Origin: Alphaproteobacteria bacterium UBA6149 | GTDB lineage: Bacteria > Pseudomonadota > Alphaproteobacteria > Rickettsiales > UBA998 | Length of the DNA stretch: 64,000 nt | Reading direction: 5' to 3' | NCBI GenBank assembly: GCA_002423155.1 | Contig: DIUV01000048.1 | Span: 517-64,516, forward strand | In this document: positions 1-11,088 of the stretch, one piece after another | Layout: each line of letters begins with the position of its first letter | How positions within the stretch are numbered: the stretch's first letter is position 1 | The notes under the pieces: generated by a model | Seen by the model: only the letters and a program-made list of their open reading frames with translations | The model's database searches: none | Told to the model about the DNA's origin: nothing | Position numbers and translations under genes: made by a program

Positions 1-2
1 GA

Positions 3-1760
3 ATGTATAAGGAAACTAGTCTAATGCCTAAAACTCAAATCTCTGGTGCTAATATCATAATAAAAGCCATTCTTGAACAAGGATCGGATGTTATATTTGG
101 TTATCCTGGGGGAGCGGTTTTGCCAATTTATGATGCTTTATTTCAACAAGATAAGCTAAAGCATATATTGGTACGGCATGAGCAAGCGGCAACCCATGCG
201 GCAGAAGGTTATGCGCGTTCTACGGGTAAGGTTGGCGTGGTGTTGGTAACTTCTGGTCCGGGGGCAACCAATGCCGTTACGGGGATAACTGATGCAATGT
301 TGGATTCTATCCCGATGGTGGTTATTACGGGGCAAGTTCCTAGCCATTTAATTGGGAGTGATGCATTTCAAGAAGCGGACACCACTGGTATAACTCGCGC
401 TTGTAGTAAGCATAATTATTTAGTGCAAAATATTGAGGATATGGCGCGGATTATGCATGAGGCATTTCATGTTGCGCGTACTGGTCGTCCGGGTCCGGTA
501 GTGGTTGATATTCCTAAAAACATTATGAATCAATTAGGTAGCTACCATTCAGCAGAAAATTTCTCGCGGAAATCTTATAAGCCTGTAGCGCCTGCCAATG
601 TATCTTTGATTGAAAAAGCGGTAGCTTTGATGAGCAAAGCGCAACGTCCGATATTTTATGTTGGCGGTGGAGTGATTAATGCAGGTGAGAAAGCTTGTGC
701 AGATTTAACTAAGCTAATTCACTTAACCGGTTTTCCTTGCACCACCACTTTGATGGGGCTGGGTGCGTTTGCTGGTAGTGACCCACAATTTTTAGGCATG
801 TTAGGTATGCATGGTTCGCTAGAGGCCAATATGGCGATGGCGGAATGTGATGTTATGATTAATATTGGTGCGCGTTTTGATGACCGCGTAACTGGGCGTT
901 TGGATGCGTTTTCACAAAAATCGCGTAAGATACATGTGGATATTGATGCATCTTCAATTAATAAAACCGTGCATGTTGAGCTGCCAATCGTGGGCGATGC
1001 AGGCGAAGTTTTATCACAAATGCTAAGTTTATGGAAGATGAAGGAAAAAAACGATATAGGCAAATGGTGGGATAAAATAAATCTTTGGCGGTCGCGGAAT
1101 AGTTTTTCTTATAAACAAACTGGCGATGTTATTAAACCGCAATATGCGATTGATCGTTTATATGAACTAACTAAGGAGCAACATCCTTACATCACTACCG
1201 ATGTGGGGCAGCATCAGATGTGGGCGGCGCAATTTTTGAAATTTGATAAGCCAAATCATTGGATGAGTTCAGGTGGGCTTGGCACTATGGGATATGGAAT
1301 GCCCGCGGCAATGGGAGTGCAAATTGCGCATCCGCAAGATTTAGTCGTTTGTGTAACGGGAGAAGCATCTATTCAGATGAATATTCAAGAACTTTCTACT
1401 ATTATGCAATATCGCCTACCCGTAAAAATATTTTTGTTAAATAATGAATATATGGGCATGGTGCGTCAATGGCAGCAAATGTTCCATGGTTGTCGTTATT
1501 CGGAGTCGTATATGGAATCTTTGCCCGATTTTGTGAAATTGGCAGAAAGTTATGGCATGACGGGTTTGCGTGTTAGTAAGGCTGCGGATTTGGATGCGAC
1601 TATAAAACAGATGTTGGCAATTGATGGACCGGTATTTTTAGACATAATGGTAGATAAATCTGAAAATGTATATCCGATGATACCCGCAGGAGCAGCACAT
1701 TATGAGCTGGTTTTGGGGGCAGAGGAAGATACGGGGAAATTAGATAAGAATCAGGTGTGA
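3..1760 (+). CDS. ilvB: acetolactate synthase large (catalytic) subunit
   Basis: 585-aa ORF with GYPGGAVLPIYDAL, HEQAATHAAEGYARSTGKVGVVLVTSGPGATN and the ThDP-binding GGLGTMGYGMPAAMG...NNEYMGMVRQWQ motifs. The start is ATG at 3 or the in-frame ATG at 24. No ilvN/ilvH small-subunit gene follows. Confidence 0.9.
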   Translation: MYKETSLMPKTQISGANIIIKAILEQGSDVIFGYPGGAVLPIYDALFQQDKLKHILVRHEQAATHAAEGYARSTGKVGVVLVTSGPGATNAVTGITDAMLDSIPMVVITGQVPSHLIGSDAFQEADTTGITRACSKHNYLVQNIEDMARIMHEAFHVARTGRPGPVVVDIPKNIMNQLGSYHSAENFSRKSYKPVAPANVSLIEKAVALMSKAQRPIFYVGGGVINAGEKACADLTKLIHLTGFPCTTTLMGLGAFAGSDPQFLGMLGMHGSLEANMAMAECDVMINIGARFDDRVTGRLDAFSQKSRKIHVDIDASSINKTVHVELPIVGDAGEVLSQMLSLWKMKEKNDIGKWWDKINLWRSRNSFSYKQTGDVIKPQYAIDRLYELTKEQHPYITTDVGQHQMWAAQFLKFDKPNHWMSSGGLGTMGYGMPAAMGVQIAHPQDLVVCVTGEASIQMNIQELSTIMQYRLPVKIFLLNNEYMGMVRQWQQMFHGCRYSESYMESLPDFVKLAESYGMTGLRVSKAADLDATIKQMLAIDGPVFLDIMVDKSENVYPMIPAGAAHYELVLGAEEDTGKLDKNQV

Positions 1761-1878
1761 ATAAAGGGCATTCGCTACGATCATCCTAGGGGCAAGTCCC
1801 GAACCCAGGTTCCGCCCCAAGGGGCGGGGAATTGAACCAAAGAGAGATTAAACCCAAGAGAGATTAAGGAATAAGAAC

Positions 1879-2544
1879 ATGCAAGTTAAAGATGCTTGTC
1901 GTAATTACCAATCTTATGTTGGTTACGTCCGTGATTTGAAACAGTTTTTATTGCATGATTTGTCTCATTTGTTAGCTGCAGGACTTACCGATCCAGACCA
2001 TTTACTTGATTATGATTATGTTAAAAAGAATATTCTTGCTAATCGTATTGCTGGTTATGAGTCGGAACCAATCGTAGCAATTTATGATTATTATTTGCGG
2101 AATTATCCGCGTGATTTAGCTCATAAAGATAGCGCTGATGTGCAAAAAATGTTGAGTGATATAATGCAAAAAATAGAAAAAACAAATAATTATAATTTTG
2201 AGCAGGATTTAAAAGATAGGACCCGCAATATTAATAATATGCAAAAAGATGATTTGTCCTATTGGCAGGGCACTGAAAAACATCGTAAAATGAGAATAAA
2301 ATATGCAACTGGAGCCATTAAAATAATTAATCCTGAAAATGATGAAATGCTATATCATGCTCATGCTGCGAAGGATTTTTGTGATAAATTTAAAGATATG
2401 CATGGTTTTTATCCATCAAGCGTAGCTCCTGATTTTTTATTGGATATGGATATATCTTCGGTATTTTATAAGCATGAATACCCAGAAGGTTTATTGGAAA
2501 AAGTTAAGGAGCGAAATAACAATCATAATGTTGTGTGTAGATAG
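1879..2544 (+). CDS. hypothetical protein, no recognisable domain
   Basis: 221-aa ORF and the only long ORF in this interval. Asn/Lys/Asp-rich, with no TM segment or signal peptide. I recognise no family. Confidence 0.5.
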   Translation: MQVKDACRNYQSYVGYVRDLKQFLLHDLSHLLAAGLTDPDHLLDYDYVKKNILANRIAGYESEPIVAIYDYYLRNYPRDLAHKDSADVQKMLSDIMQKIEKTNNYNFEQDLKDRTRNINNMQKDDLSYWQGTEKHRKMRIKYATGAIKIINPENDEMLYHAHAAKDFCDKFKDMHGFYPSSVAPDFLLDMDISSVFYKHEYPEGLLEKVKERNNNHNVVCR

Positions 2545-2551
2545 GGAAAAA

Positions 2552-3136
2552 ATGGACGAACAAAAAATATATCAAGAATTTATTGCCGCTGAGGCTATCC
2601 TTAAAGGACATTTTATTTTGTCATCGGGGCTGCATAGCGACACCTATTTACAATGCGCCCGCGTTTTGATGGATGCTAAGCGTGCAGAAAAACTTTGTGG
2701 CGAGTTGGCACGCAAGTTACGCGAAAAAATTACTAGTGAGATTGATATGGTTATCTCTCCTGCCATGGGCGGCGTGGTGGTGGGCTATGAAATGGGGCGG
2801 CAACTTGGCGTTCCTGCCATTTTTTGTGAACGGGTAGATGGTAGCTTTGCCTTGCGCCGAGGGTTTGAAATTCCTCTGGGAGCGCGCATATTGTTAGTAG
2901 AAGATGTGGTTACTACAGGTAAATCATCACTAGAAACAGTGCATTGCATTACGCAGCATGGGGGAAAAGTGGTTGCCGAGGCTAGTTTGATTGATCGCTC
3001 TTGTGGTGCGCATGGTTTGCCCTTTCCTTTGGTTAGTTTACTAACTTTAGAAGTTCCTGCCTATAATGCAGATGCGTTGCCTGAACATTTGGCTAATATA
3101 CCGGGAGTTAAACCGGGTAGTCGTTGGTTAAAATAG
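2552..3136 (+). CDS. pyrE: orotate phosphoribosyltransferase
   Basis: HFILSSGLHSDTYLQC and the PRPP-binding loop LLVEDVVTTGKSS. I start it at the internal ATG 2552 (MDEQKIY...) because the track's 2474 start overlaps the upstream ORF. Confidence 0.9.
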   Translation: MDEQKIYQEFIAAEAILKGHFILSSGLHSDTYLQCARVLMDAKRAEKLCGELARKLREKITSEIDMVISPAMGGVVVGYEMGRQLGVPAIFCERVDGSFALRRGFEIPLGARILLVEDVVTTGKSSLETVHCITQHGGKVVAEASLIDRSCGAHGLPFPLVSLLTLEVPAYNADALPEHLANIPGVKPGSRWLK

Positions 3137-3519
3137 AGGTGGTTACTTATATTTATATCGCCTTAGGTGGCGCATTGGGCAGTTTAATGCGCTATCTTAG
3201 CATGGGTTATTTTAGCAAGATATTCGGCAATCAATTTCCCTTTAGCACGCTTTTAGTAAACGTCATTGGCAGTTTATTGATTGGTATTATCACGGGTATT
3301 GGTGCGCATTTCGTTTCTTTTTCCCCTGAAATCCGCGCTTTATTAGTAGTGGGTATTCTGGGGGGCTTTACTACTTTTTCTAGTTTCTCGCTTGATATTG
3401 CCAATCTTTATAGCAAAGGTGATTATTTATTCACCATCATCTATGCGGTTTCTTCCGTAGTTATTTCTTTAATCGCCGTTTTTCTAGGAGTGGCGATTGT
3501 GCGGTTGTTCGCTAGCTAA
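3124..3519 (+). CDS. crcB: fluoride ion channel CrcB/FluC
   Basis: 131-aa four-TM protein with GGALGSLMRY and GGFTTFSSF motifs. The start is TTG at 3124 or GTG at 3139, just after the pyrE stop. Confidence 0.85.
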   Translation: MVKIEVVTYIYIALGGALGSLMRYLSMGYFSKIFGNQFPFSTLLVNVIGSLLIGIITGIGAHFVSFSPEIRALLVVGILGGFTTFSSFSLDIANLYSKGDYLFTIIYAVSSVVISLIAVFLGVAIVRLFAS

Positions 3520-3540
3520 TTGCTATAGTTATGCTGAAAA

Positions 3541-4074
3541 TTATTCCACATTAGATAATGCTTGCAGCCTTTTATAGAAAAAATGCCCAGCGATGGTTTT
3601 TCCACTGACAAACTCATGATAAGGTAAGATTCCCCAGCGTACATAGCCGTTTTCTTGGTATAAGCGTAAAGCCGCGTCTTGTGTTTCACGTACAGATAGT
3701 TTTAACACGGTGAAGCCTTCATTAGCGGCTTCGCGTTCTGCCATTTGTAAAAGCGACTTAGCTATACCATGTCCGCGTGCCCAAGGTGCCACAAAATGCG
3801 CTTCTATCTGGGCGCAAAAAGAGCTGGTTTCCTTGCTGGCTCCAGGGCGAATTAGTTGGATAGCGCCAGCGAGATTGCCGTCTAACCAGCCACCAAATAA
3901 CTCGCGTTCAGGCACTAGCAAAACGCCACGCCAATAGCTTTCCATCACTTCACGCATGGGTGGAGAAAGCCAGTTAAAGCCAATATTATCGTTAATTGCA
4001 TCTTCAGTGGCTTCACAAATATCGGCTAAGTCTCCGCGGTTCCACTCGGTTATTTTACGAATTTCTATGGACAT
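3541..4074 (-). CDS. GNAT family N-acetyltransferase
   Basis: 177 aa with an acetyl-CoA binding-type segment VAPWARGHGIAKSLL...ENGY. Confidence 0.75.
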   Translation of the reverse strand: MSIEIRKITEWNRGDLADICEATEDAINDNIGFNWLSPPMREVMESYWRGVLLVPERELFGGWLDGNLAGAIQLIRPGASKETSSFCAQIEAHFVAPWARGHGIAKSLLQMAEREAANEGFTVLKLSVRETQDAALRLYQENGYVRWGILPYHEFVSGKTIAGHFFYKRLQALSNVE

Positions 4075-4078
4075 TTTT

Positions 4079-4720
4079 CTATATATTCAAAAAATTAGTT
4101 AGTATTTTATCGCCGAGTTTTTGGCTTTTTTCAGGATGGAATTGGGTGCCATAGAGGTTATCTTGGGCAATTATGGCGGTTATTTTCTCGCCATGTTCGG
4201 TGCTGGCGATTACCTCTTGAGGGTTTTCGCAGATTGCATGATAGCTATGCACAAAATAGGCATGTTCGCCTTCGTGGATGTTTTTTAATAGGGGGTGTTG
4301 GGGATTATCTAACAGAAGATTATTCCAGCCCATATGGGGGATTTTTAGTTTTCCGTTCTTTGAATCCATGGAGCGTACTGAGCCTTTTATCCAGCCGAGT
4401 CCTTGGTGTTTTCCGTGTTCATAGCCATATTCAAGCATCATTTGCATGCCTACGCAGATGCCGAGAAAGGGAATTTTGTTTTCTAAAACTTGTTTATTTA
4501 ATTCCTCACGCATTCCTTTTAGGGCACATAATCCGTTCATACAATCAGCAAAAGCACCCACTCCGGGAAGAATTATATGGCTGGTATTTTGTAAGTCACT
4601 TGCTTTTGAGGTAAGTAGGAGTGAATCCTCATGCGCTATACGTTTTAAGGCTGCCATTACGGAATGTAAATTTCCTGCGCCATAGTCGATAATTGCGATT
4701 TTCTTGGTAGGAGAAATCAT
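4079..4720 (-). CDS. hisH: imidazole glycerol phosphate synthase, glutamine amidotransferase subunit
   Basis: IAIIDYGAGNLHSV, GVGAF, catalytic GICVGMQ, and FHPEKS at the C-terminus. Confidence 0.9.
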   Translation of the reverse strand: MISPTKKIAIIDYGAGNLHSVMAALKRIAHEDSLLLTSKASDLQNTSHIILPGVGAFADCMNGLCALKGMREELNKQVLENKIPFLGICVGMQMMLEYGYEHGKHQGLGWIKGSVRSMDSKNGKLKIPHMGWNNLLLDNPQHPLLKNIHEGEHAYFVHSYHAICENPQEVIASTEHGEKITAIIAQDNLYGTQFHPEKSQKLGDKILTNFLNI

Positions 4721-5091
4721 ACCGCTAGTCTCTTATCAAGAAAACGCATATTTGCCTCTGGCTGGCTATTGGCGGCGGTGATGTCGGTTAGCGCATATCC
4801 TTTGGTTTTTAAGCGGTCTTTTATAATGTCGCTGGCAAAAATTCCTAGCAGGAACTGTAAGGCGAGCAACAAAATATCTACACTGGTAGAGCTGAAACCA
4901 TTGTTTTTCATGGTCATTTGCAAAGATGCCTGCAATGCCATCAGCCAAAAAGCGCCCCACCATAGGCGCTGATAAAACAACCATAAAACACCAAAAGCAA
5001 AGGCATATATGTTAAAGCCTTCTTTTACTAAGACCGCTTTTTCTGGTTCTGGTTTATCGGGATGAGTGTAGATACTAAAAATTTTTATCAT
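4717..5091 (-). CDS. DUF2628-like small membrane protein
   Basis: 124 aa with EGFNIYAFAFGVLWLFYQRLWW, as in the small membrane protein often found next to hisH in alphaproteobacteria. It overlaps the hisH start by 4 nt. Confidence 0.55.
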   Translation of the reverse strand: MIKIFSIYTHPDKPEPEKAVLVKEGFNIYAFAFGVLWLFYQRLWWGAFWLMALQASLQMTMKNNGFSSTSVDILLLALQFLLGIFASDIIKDRLKTKGYALTDITAANSQPEANMRFLDKRLAV

Positions 5092-6155
5092 AGTGATATT
5101 TTTGTGAGTTTGCGTTTAGAATATAGTGATAATAAAGGCTTTTCTATAAAAAGATAGTTCAATATGCCAAAAATTATCGCCAAGCCGATGGATGTAATTA
5201 TCCAAATGAAATGTGCCCAAGGAGAAAATGCAGGTAATATTTTTTCTAATATACGCCCAGTAGCGGATAAAACCAGCACATGCGACAGATAAATAGAATA
5301 TGAAGCGTTGCCAATTAATATTAGGGGTTTAGGCCATTTGAAATGGCTTTCTAAGTTGATATTGGCGAGCACTAACAAGGCACAGGGAATTGCCATTAAT
5401 AAACTGCGGGACCAATCTTCGGGTAGTTCTGCGTTATATTTTTGTATTATAATCATATAAACGATGGAAATTGCTAAAGATGGTAAGGCTATTTTGTAGT
5501 TTTTAGGATTAGAGTGCGCCCAATAACCTACTATGCTACCGCAAATGAATTCAAATACTAGGGGGGAGGCTGCGATATGTAGTAAATGGTGGTTTATAAT
5601 AGATTCTGGAAATAACAGGTTGAAAAAACTTACTAAAAATGCCCAAGCGAACCATAAAAATGGCAATGATTTTTTTCCCAGTGCATATACTAGACCAAAA
5701 ACTAAATAAAAATATAGTTCAAAGCTTAAGGTCCAGCCGACGGCTAATAATAAACTATCTTTGGGGGCAGTTAGTAAAAATGAGCCGAGAATGTCTGGTT
5801 GGGTGGTGGATGAGCTATTTACCATCTCTGGTCTGGCTATATATATAGCCAATATAATAATGCTAAATATCCAATAAACAGGGTAAATACGTAATATGCG
5901 ATGAATTAGAAATTCTTTTATTAGCTGGTATTTGTTATATTTGTCCTGAAGTTTCTTGAGCGATATATGGGTGATGATAAAGCCACTCAGCACAAAAAAT
6001 AAATCCACGCCATATAGACCAATCGGCTCAAAAAAACTTAGCCATTCAAAATTGCTATATTTTCTCTCTGTAGAAATAGTGTGGAATATTAGCACCATAA
6101 TTACTGCGATGGCGCGTAATATTTGAATAGAATTTAGCTTGTGGCTGGGCTGCAT
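5088..6155 (-). CDS. acyltransferase family 3 (integral membrane O-acyltransferase)
   Basis: 355 aa and multi-TM. The N-terminal ILRAIAVIMVLIFH...DLFFVLSGFII is typical of acyltransferase_3. Confidence 0.8.
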   Translation of the reverse strand: MQPSHKLNSIQILRAIAVIMVLIFHTISTERKYSNFEWLSFFEPIGLYGVDLFFVLSGFIITHISLKKLQDKYNKYQLIKEFLIHRILRIYPVYWIFSIIILAIYIARPEMVNSSSTTQPDILGSFLLTAPKDSLLLAVGWTLSFELYFYLVFGLVYALGKKSLPFLWFAWAFLVSFFNLLFPESIINHHLLHIAASPLVFEFICGSIVGYWAHSNPKNYKIALPSLAISIVYMIIIQKYNAELPEDWSRSLLMAIPCALLVLANINLESHFKWPKPLILIGNASYSIYLSHVLVLSATGRILEKILPAFSPWAHFIWIITSIGLAIIFGILNYLFIEKPLLSLYSKRKLTKISL

Positions 6156-6156
6156 G

Positions 6157-6212
6157 GAGAATTTTTATTTAGGGAATTTTTATTTAGGGAATTTTTATTT
6201 AGGGAATTTTAA
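6157..6212. repeat. 15-bp tandem repeat GGGAATTTTTATTTA, about 3.7 copies
   Basis: Read directly. It lies in the divergent region between the acyltransferase start (6155) and the lipoprotein gene (6264). A second short direct repeat, CGATAGAAATTAT x2, lies at about 6234-6265. Confidence 0.9.
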
Positions 6213-6263
6213 TGAAATATGATTATAATATAAAACGATAGAAATTATAAAGCGATAGAAATT

Positions 6264-6500
6264 ATGTATAAAATATTATTACCATTATTAGGAATATTTT
6301 GTTTAACAGCTTGTGAGGGAAAGCCCAATCCTGAAGAGGAAGAAGCTAAATGGTGGTGCAGTTTTTATAATAATTGCGACAAAGAAGATGTGGGTATTTA
6401 TGGCCAAGCCAGAGGCAGTGGCAATCAGCCTGATATTGGCGGAGTGCAGGGCGGTGCGCATGATTATGGTAGTTATGGTTCAGGCGGGGAGGGGAATTAA
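6264..6500 (+). CDS. small putative lipoprotein, Gly-rich C-terminus
   Basis: 78 aa with signal peptide and lipobox MYKILLPLLGIFCLTAC. No family recognised. Confidence 0.5.
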   Translation: MYKILLPLLGIFCLTACEGKPNPEEEEAKWWCSFYNNCDKEDVGIYGQARGSGNQPDIGGVQGGAHDYGSYGSGGEGN

Positions 6501-6501
6501 T

Positions 6502-6642
6502 ATGAAAAAAGAGCTTGCGGCAAAGGAACAAACTTCAACCAAAGCGGACTTGTGTGAATTGGAGCTTCGGTTGAAGTTGCATATTGGCAGTATGATTATG
6601 GCACTTGGTGGTGTGCTTATTGCTATTAAATATTTTGCTTAA
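6502..6642 (+). CDS. possible 46-aa tail-anchored membrane peptide
   Basis: ATG at 6502 lies 2 nt after the previous stop. The product MKKELAAKEQ... has a C-terminal TM segment IGSMIMALGGVLIAIKYFA. Support is weak and rests only on the ORF and its position. Confidence 0.3.
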   Translation: MKKELAAKEQTSTKADLCELELRLKLHIGSMIMALGGVLIAIKYFA

Positions 6643-6648
6643 GAACCA

Positions 6649-8487
<1,839 letters not shown>

Positions 8488-8557
8488 CTAGTAGTTGACT
8501 TATTAGCTCTACTATTAGCAGGTTGGCTTAGCTTTGCAAGGTTAGTCTAGGTATTTT

Positions 8558-10249
8558 TTATGCAATAATAAAATTTTCCCGTGGTTTCGGAGGCTCGACA
8601 AAATTGCGGCAAGCTTGTTTGCCAGTTTGGAAGCTTACTCCGCCGACAAAGCCAGTAATTTCTTGCGCGGTTTGGAATATAGCGCGAATATCTTCTTGGT
8701 TTTGGGGTGTTAGAGGGGTTTCACTGCGGATGATTAGCTCAAAGATTTTTTTGGGTAGGGAGTGGCGAACGAAGCCGTCTAATTGCAAGCGACCCAGTTG
8801 TGATAAATGTACTTCTAATAAAAAATGTTCGCTGGAATTCTCGGATTTTTTCTTTTCTGGCTGGTCATCTTTGGGGTGATAGAGCGAAATTTGCGAGAAT
8901 TCTCCTTGGATATAAACGGGGATTAGATATTGCTGCCAGATTTTTCCATCTGGCACTCCCTCATTAGTTTGCTTGGTTTCTAAATGTTGGTGCAGACTAG
9001 TTAAGCCTTGGGTGAGTTTTTCTAGTAAAATAGGGTTCTCTGATTTTAATTTTTCAGATTTCGTACTGTCAATCCAAGTGCTTAAATCGTTTTTCTTAAG
9101 TGCTACAAGAAAAAACAATAATTCCGCAGTAAAATTTTTTCCCAATTGGGGGATAATAGATAAATTGTGGAGTGGATTAGGCGAAGCGGCATTTGCTGGT
9201 GGTCGAGTTAAATCCAGAATTTCTGTGCTACGGAAAATATCTGGTAGTTCATGGGGGGGGGGAGCTATTGGGAGAGAAATTGGTGTTTGCGTCTGAGTAT
9301 GTTCTATGCTTATGTTGATAATAGTTCCCGTGGGTAAGGGGGTGGGGGAGAGTAGGCGCATGGTTCCTACGGGAGTGTGGAGAATAATATCTTCCTGATC
9401 AGGGTGGGAAATTACTTGGGCGCTGATGATGTTTGCCGCATGGTTTGCTAATTGGTTTGCTAATTGGTTTATGCTGGTTTGTTCAGTTAAATGATTGGGT
9501 AAGGTGATGCTGATTAGTTTCAAATCCAATATTGAACCCGCTGGTAAAGCGCTGATTAATTTTAAGGTTTCTGGAGTTGGCGTGGGTAGTTCTACCAGCG
9601 GTAAAATATTTGCGCCTTGTGGAGGTATTGGTTGGGAAGGCGCATGTGGGTTAGTAGTCTGTTGGGGATAGATGTTTGCTGGGGATGCAATATTAGTTGG
9701 TATTTCATTAAATGGTAAAGCTGATATAGTTGAAGTGGTTGTTTTTGCTGTTGCTAATGTCTGTTCTGCTGATAATGAGGGATTAAGCAAAATAGCTTTT
9801 AAGACACTGGTAAGTGCGGATTTTGGTTGGTTTTGGGTTATTATTGAGGGAGTATTTTCGGTAATATCTGCTTCGTTGTTAAAGCTGGAGCGAATTATTA
9901 TATCATCATGGTTGAGCGTAGTTCCATTTAACATTTCCAGATATTTAGGCAGTGATTTTTGGTCAATAGTGACTATTTTTGCACTTATTTCGTTGTTATT
10001 ATGCTGTAGTTGCAGCATAATTTCGCTTCCGTTTTTCAAGAATAATTCAGATTTAAGAAATAAATCTCCATAGATGGTGTGTAATATCGCCTCACCATTT
10101 TGGGTGCGCCCATTGATAGTTCCTTTGAGCATAATTACTCCTGCGGCAATCACCGCAGGGGGAATGCGCAACGCAGTAATATCGGCTTGCGTAGGGGCAG
10201 TTACGCCTTGAATAGTGATAGAGGGAATTTTGGGGATGGATATGTCCAT
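8558..10249 (-). CDS. FliK-like flagellar hook-length control protein (tentative)
   Basis: 563 aa, Pro/Thr/Gln-rich and low-complexity in the centre. The C-terminal block EHFLLEVHLSQLGRLQLDGFV...ELIIRSE...IRAIFQTAQEITGFVGGVSFQ resembles the FliK C-terminal domain pattern. It lies directly downstream of flhF-flhG. Confidence 0.45.
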   Translation of the reverse strand: MDISIPKIPSITIQGVTAPTQADITALRIPPAVIAAGVIMLKGTINGRTQNGEAILHTIYGDLFLKSELFLKNGSEIMLQLQHNNNEISAKIVTIDQKSLPKYLEMLNGTTLNHDDIIIRSSFNNEADITENTPSIITQNQPKSALTSVLKAILLNPSLSAEQTLATAKTTTSTISALPFNEIPTNIASPANIYPQQTTNPHAPSQPIPPQGANILPLVELPTPTPETLKLISALPAGSILDLKLISITLPNHLTEQTSINQLANQLANHAANIISAQVISHPDQEDIILHTPVGTMRLLSPTPLPTGTIINISIEHTQTQTPISLPIAPPPHELPDIFRSTEILDLTRPPANAASPNPLHNLSIIPQLGKNFTAELLFFLVALKKNDLSTWIDSTKSEKLKSENPILLEKLTQGLTSLHQHLETKQTNEGVPDGKIWQQYLIPVYIQGEFSQISLYHPKDDQPEKKKSENSSEHFLLEVHLSQLGRLQLDGFVRHSLPKKIFELIIRSETPLTPQNQEDIRAIFQTAQEITGFVGGVSFQTGKQACRNFVEPPKPRENFIIA

Positions 10250-10278
10250 GATTGCCTAAACTCCCTGTCTAACATTAT

Positions 10279-11088
10279 TTAAGATTTCTGCATCAACTTC
10301 ACGGCGATTGCAGCAGCATCGCTGGCGGCAAGCGTGCCAGAGAAATTGTCTAATATGGATGATTGGCTGCGGATAGCATCGCGCACTTTATTATCTTTGC
10401 GGACTACTCCTAGTAGGCTAGGGGTGAAATGTAGGAAGTTCTGACAGGCTTTTTCAATAGCGGAGAAGGTTTTTTCACCTTCTTTTTGTGAGGCAGCCTG
10501 GTTGATAACTATCTGGATAGAGGTGGTATTTAGCTTGGTTAAGCATAATTTGATAAAGGCATAAGCATCGGTCAAAGAAGTGGGGTCGCTGGTGATAACA
10601 ACAACACAGCGCGAGGCGATGCCCGCCATATATTGTACATGTTGCTCAATTCCTGCGCCGAGATCCATAAACACGCAATCATAATTACGTGCCATTTCCA
10701 ACAAATCTTCTTTGATAGTCTCTAAATTACTGACCGATGCGGAGGCTAAACGAGTAGATCCTGAACGCCCGGCGAGAATGTCGAACCCACCAGCATAATG
10801 AAAAATAATATCTTGTAGTTTGGCTTTGCCAGAAAATACGGTACATAAATCTTTTTCGGGACGTAAACCGAGTTGTACGTCAATATTTGCTAGTCCAATA
10901 TCCCCATCGAATAATAATACCCGACGACCAGAACGTGCCACCAGATGTGACAAAGTAATCGACAACCAAGTCTTACCCACGCCGCCCTTGCCTGAGGCAA
11001 CGGCTATTATGTTATTAGTTAAGTGGCTATCGTTATTGTTCATTTTTGTGGGTATTCTAGCGTTTTTGTTAATGAGTGTTTTGGTCAA
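10279..11088 (-). CDS. flhG: MinD/ParA-family flagellar number regulator FlhG/FleN
   Basis: Deviant Walker A VASGKGGVGKTW. It overlaps the flhF stop by 20 nt. Confidence 0.8.
   Translation of the reverse strand: MTKTLINKNARIPTKMNNNDSHLTNNIIAVASGKGGVGKTWLSITLSHLVARSGRRVLLFDGDIGLANIDVQLGLRPEKDLCTVFSGKAKLQDIIFHYAGGFDILAGRSGSTRLASASVSNLETIKEDLLEMARNYDCVFMDLGAGIEQHVQYMAGIASRCVVVITSDPTSLTDAYAFIKLCLTKLNTTSIQIVINQAASQKEGEKTFSAIEKACQNFLHFTPSLLGVVRKDNKVRDAIRSQSSILDNFSGTLAASDAAAIAVKLMQKS

Noticed and set aside
1811-1832. GC-rich hairpin CCGCCCC-aa-GGGGCGG after ilvB, and the direct repeat AAGAGAGATTAA x2 (about 1838-1870).
   Set aside because: The hairpin has no T-tract, so I do not call it an intrinsic terminator. 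The repeats are too short to interpret. The absence of an ilvN small-subunit gene after ilvB is noted but may simply reflect its location elsewhere.
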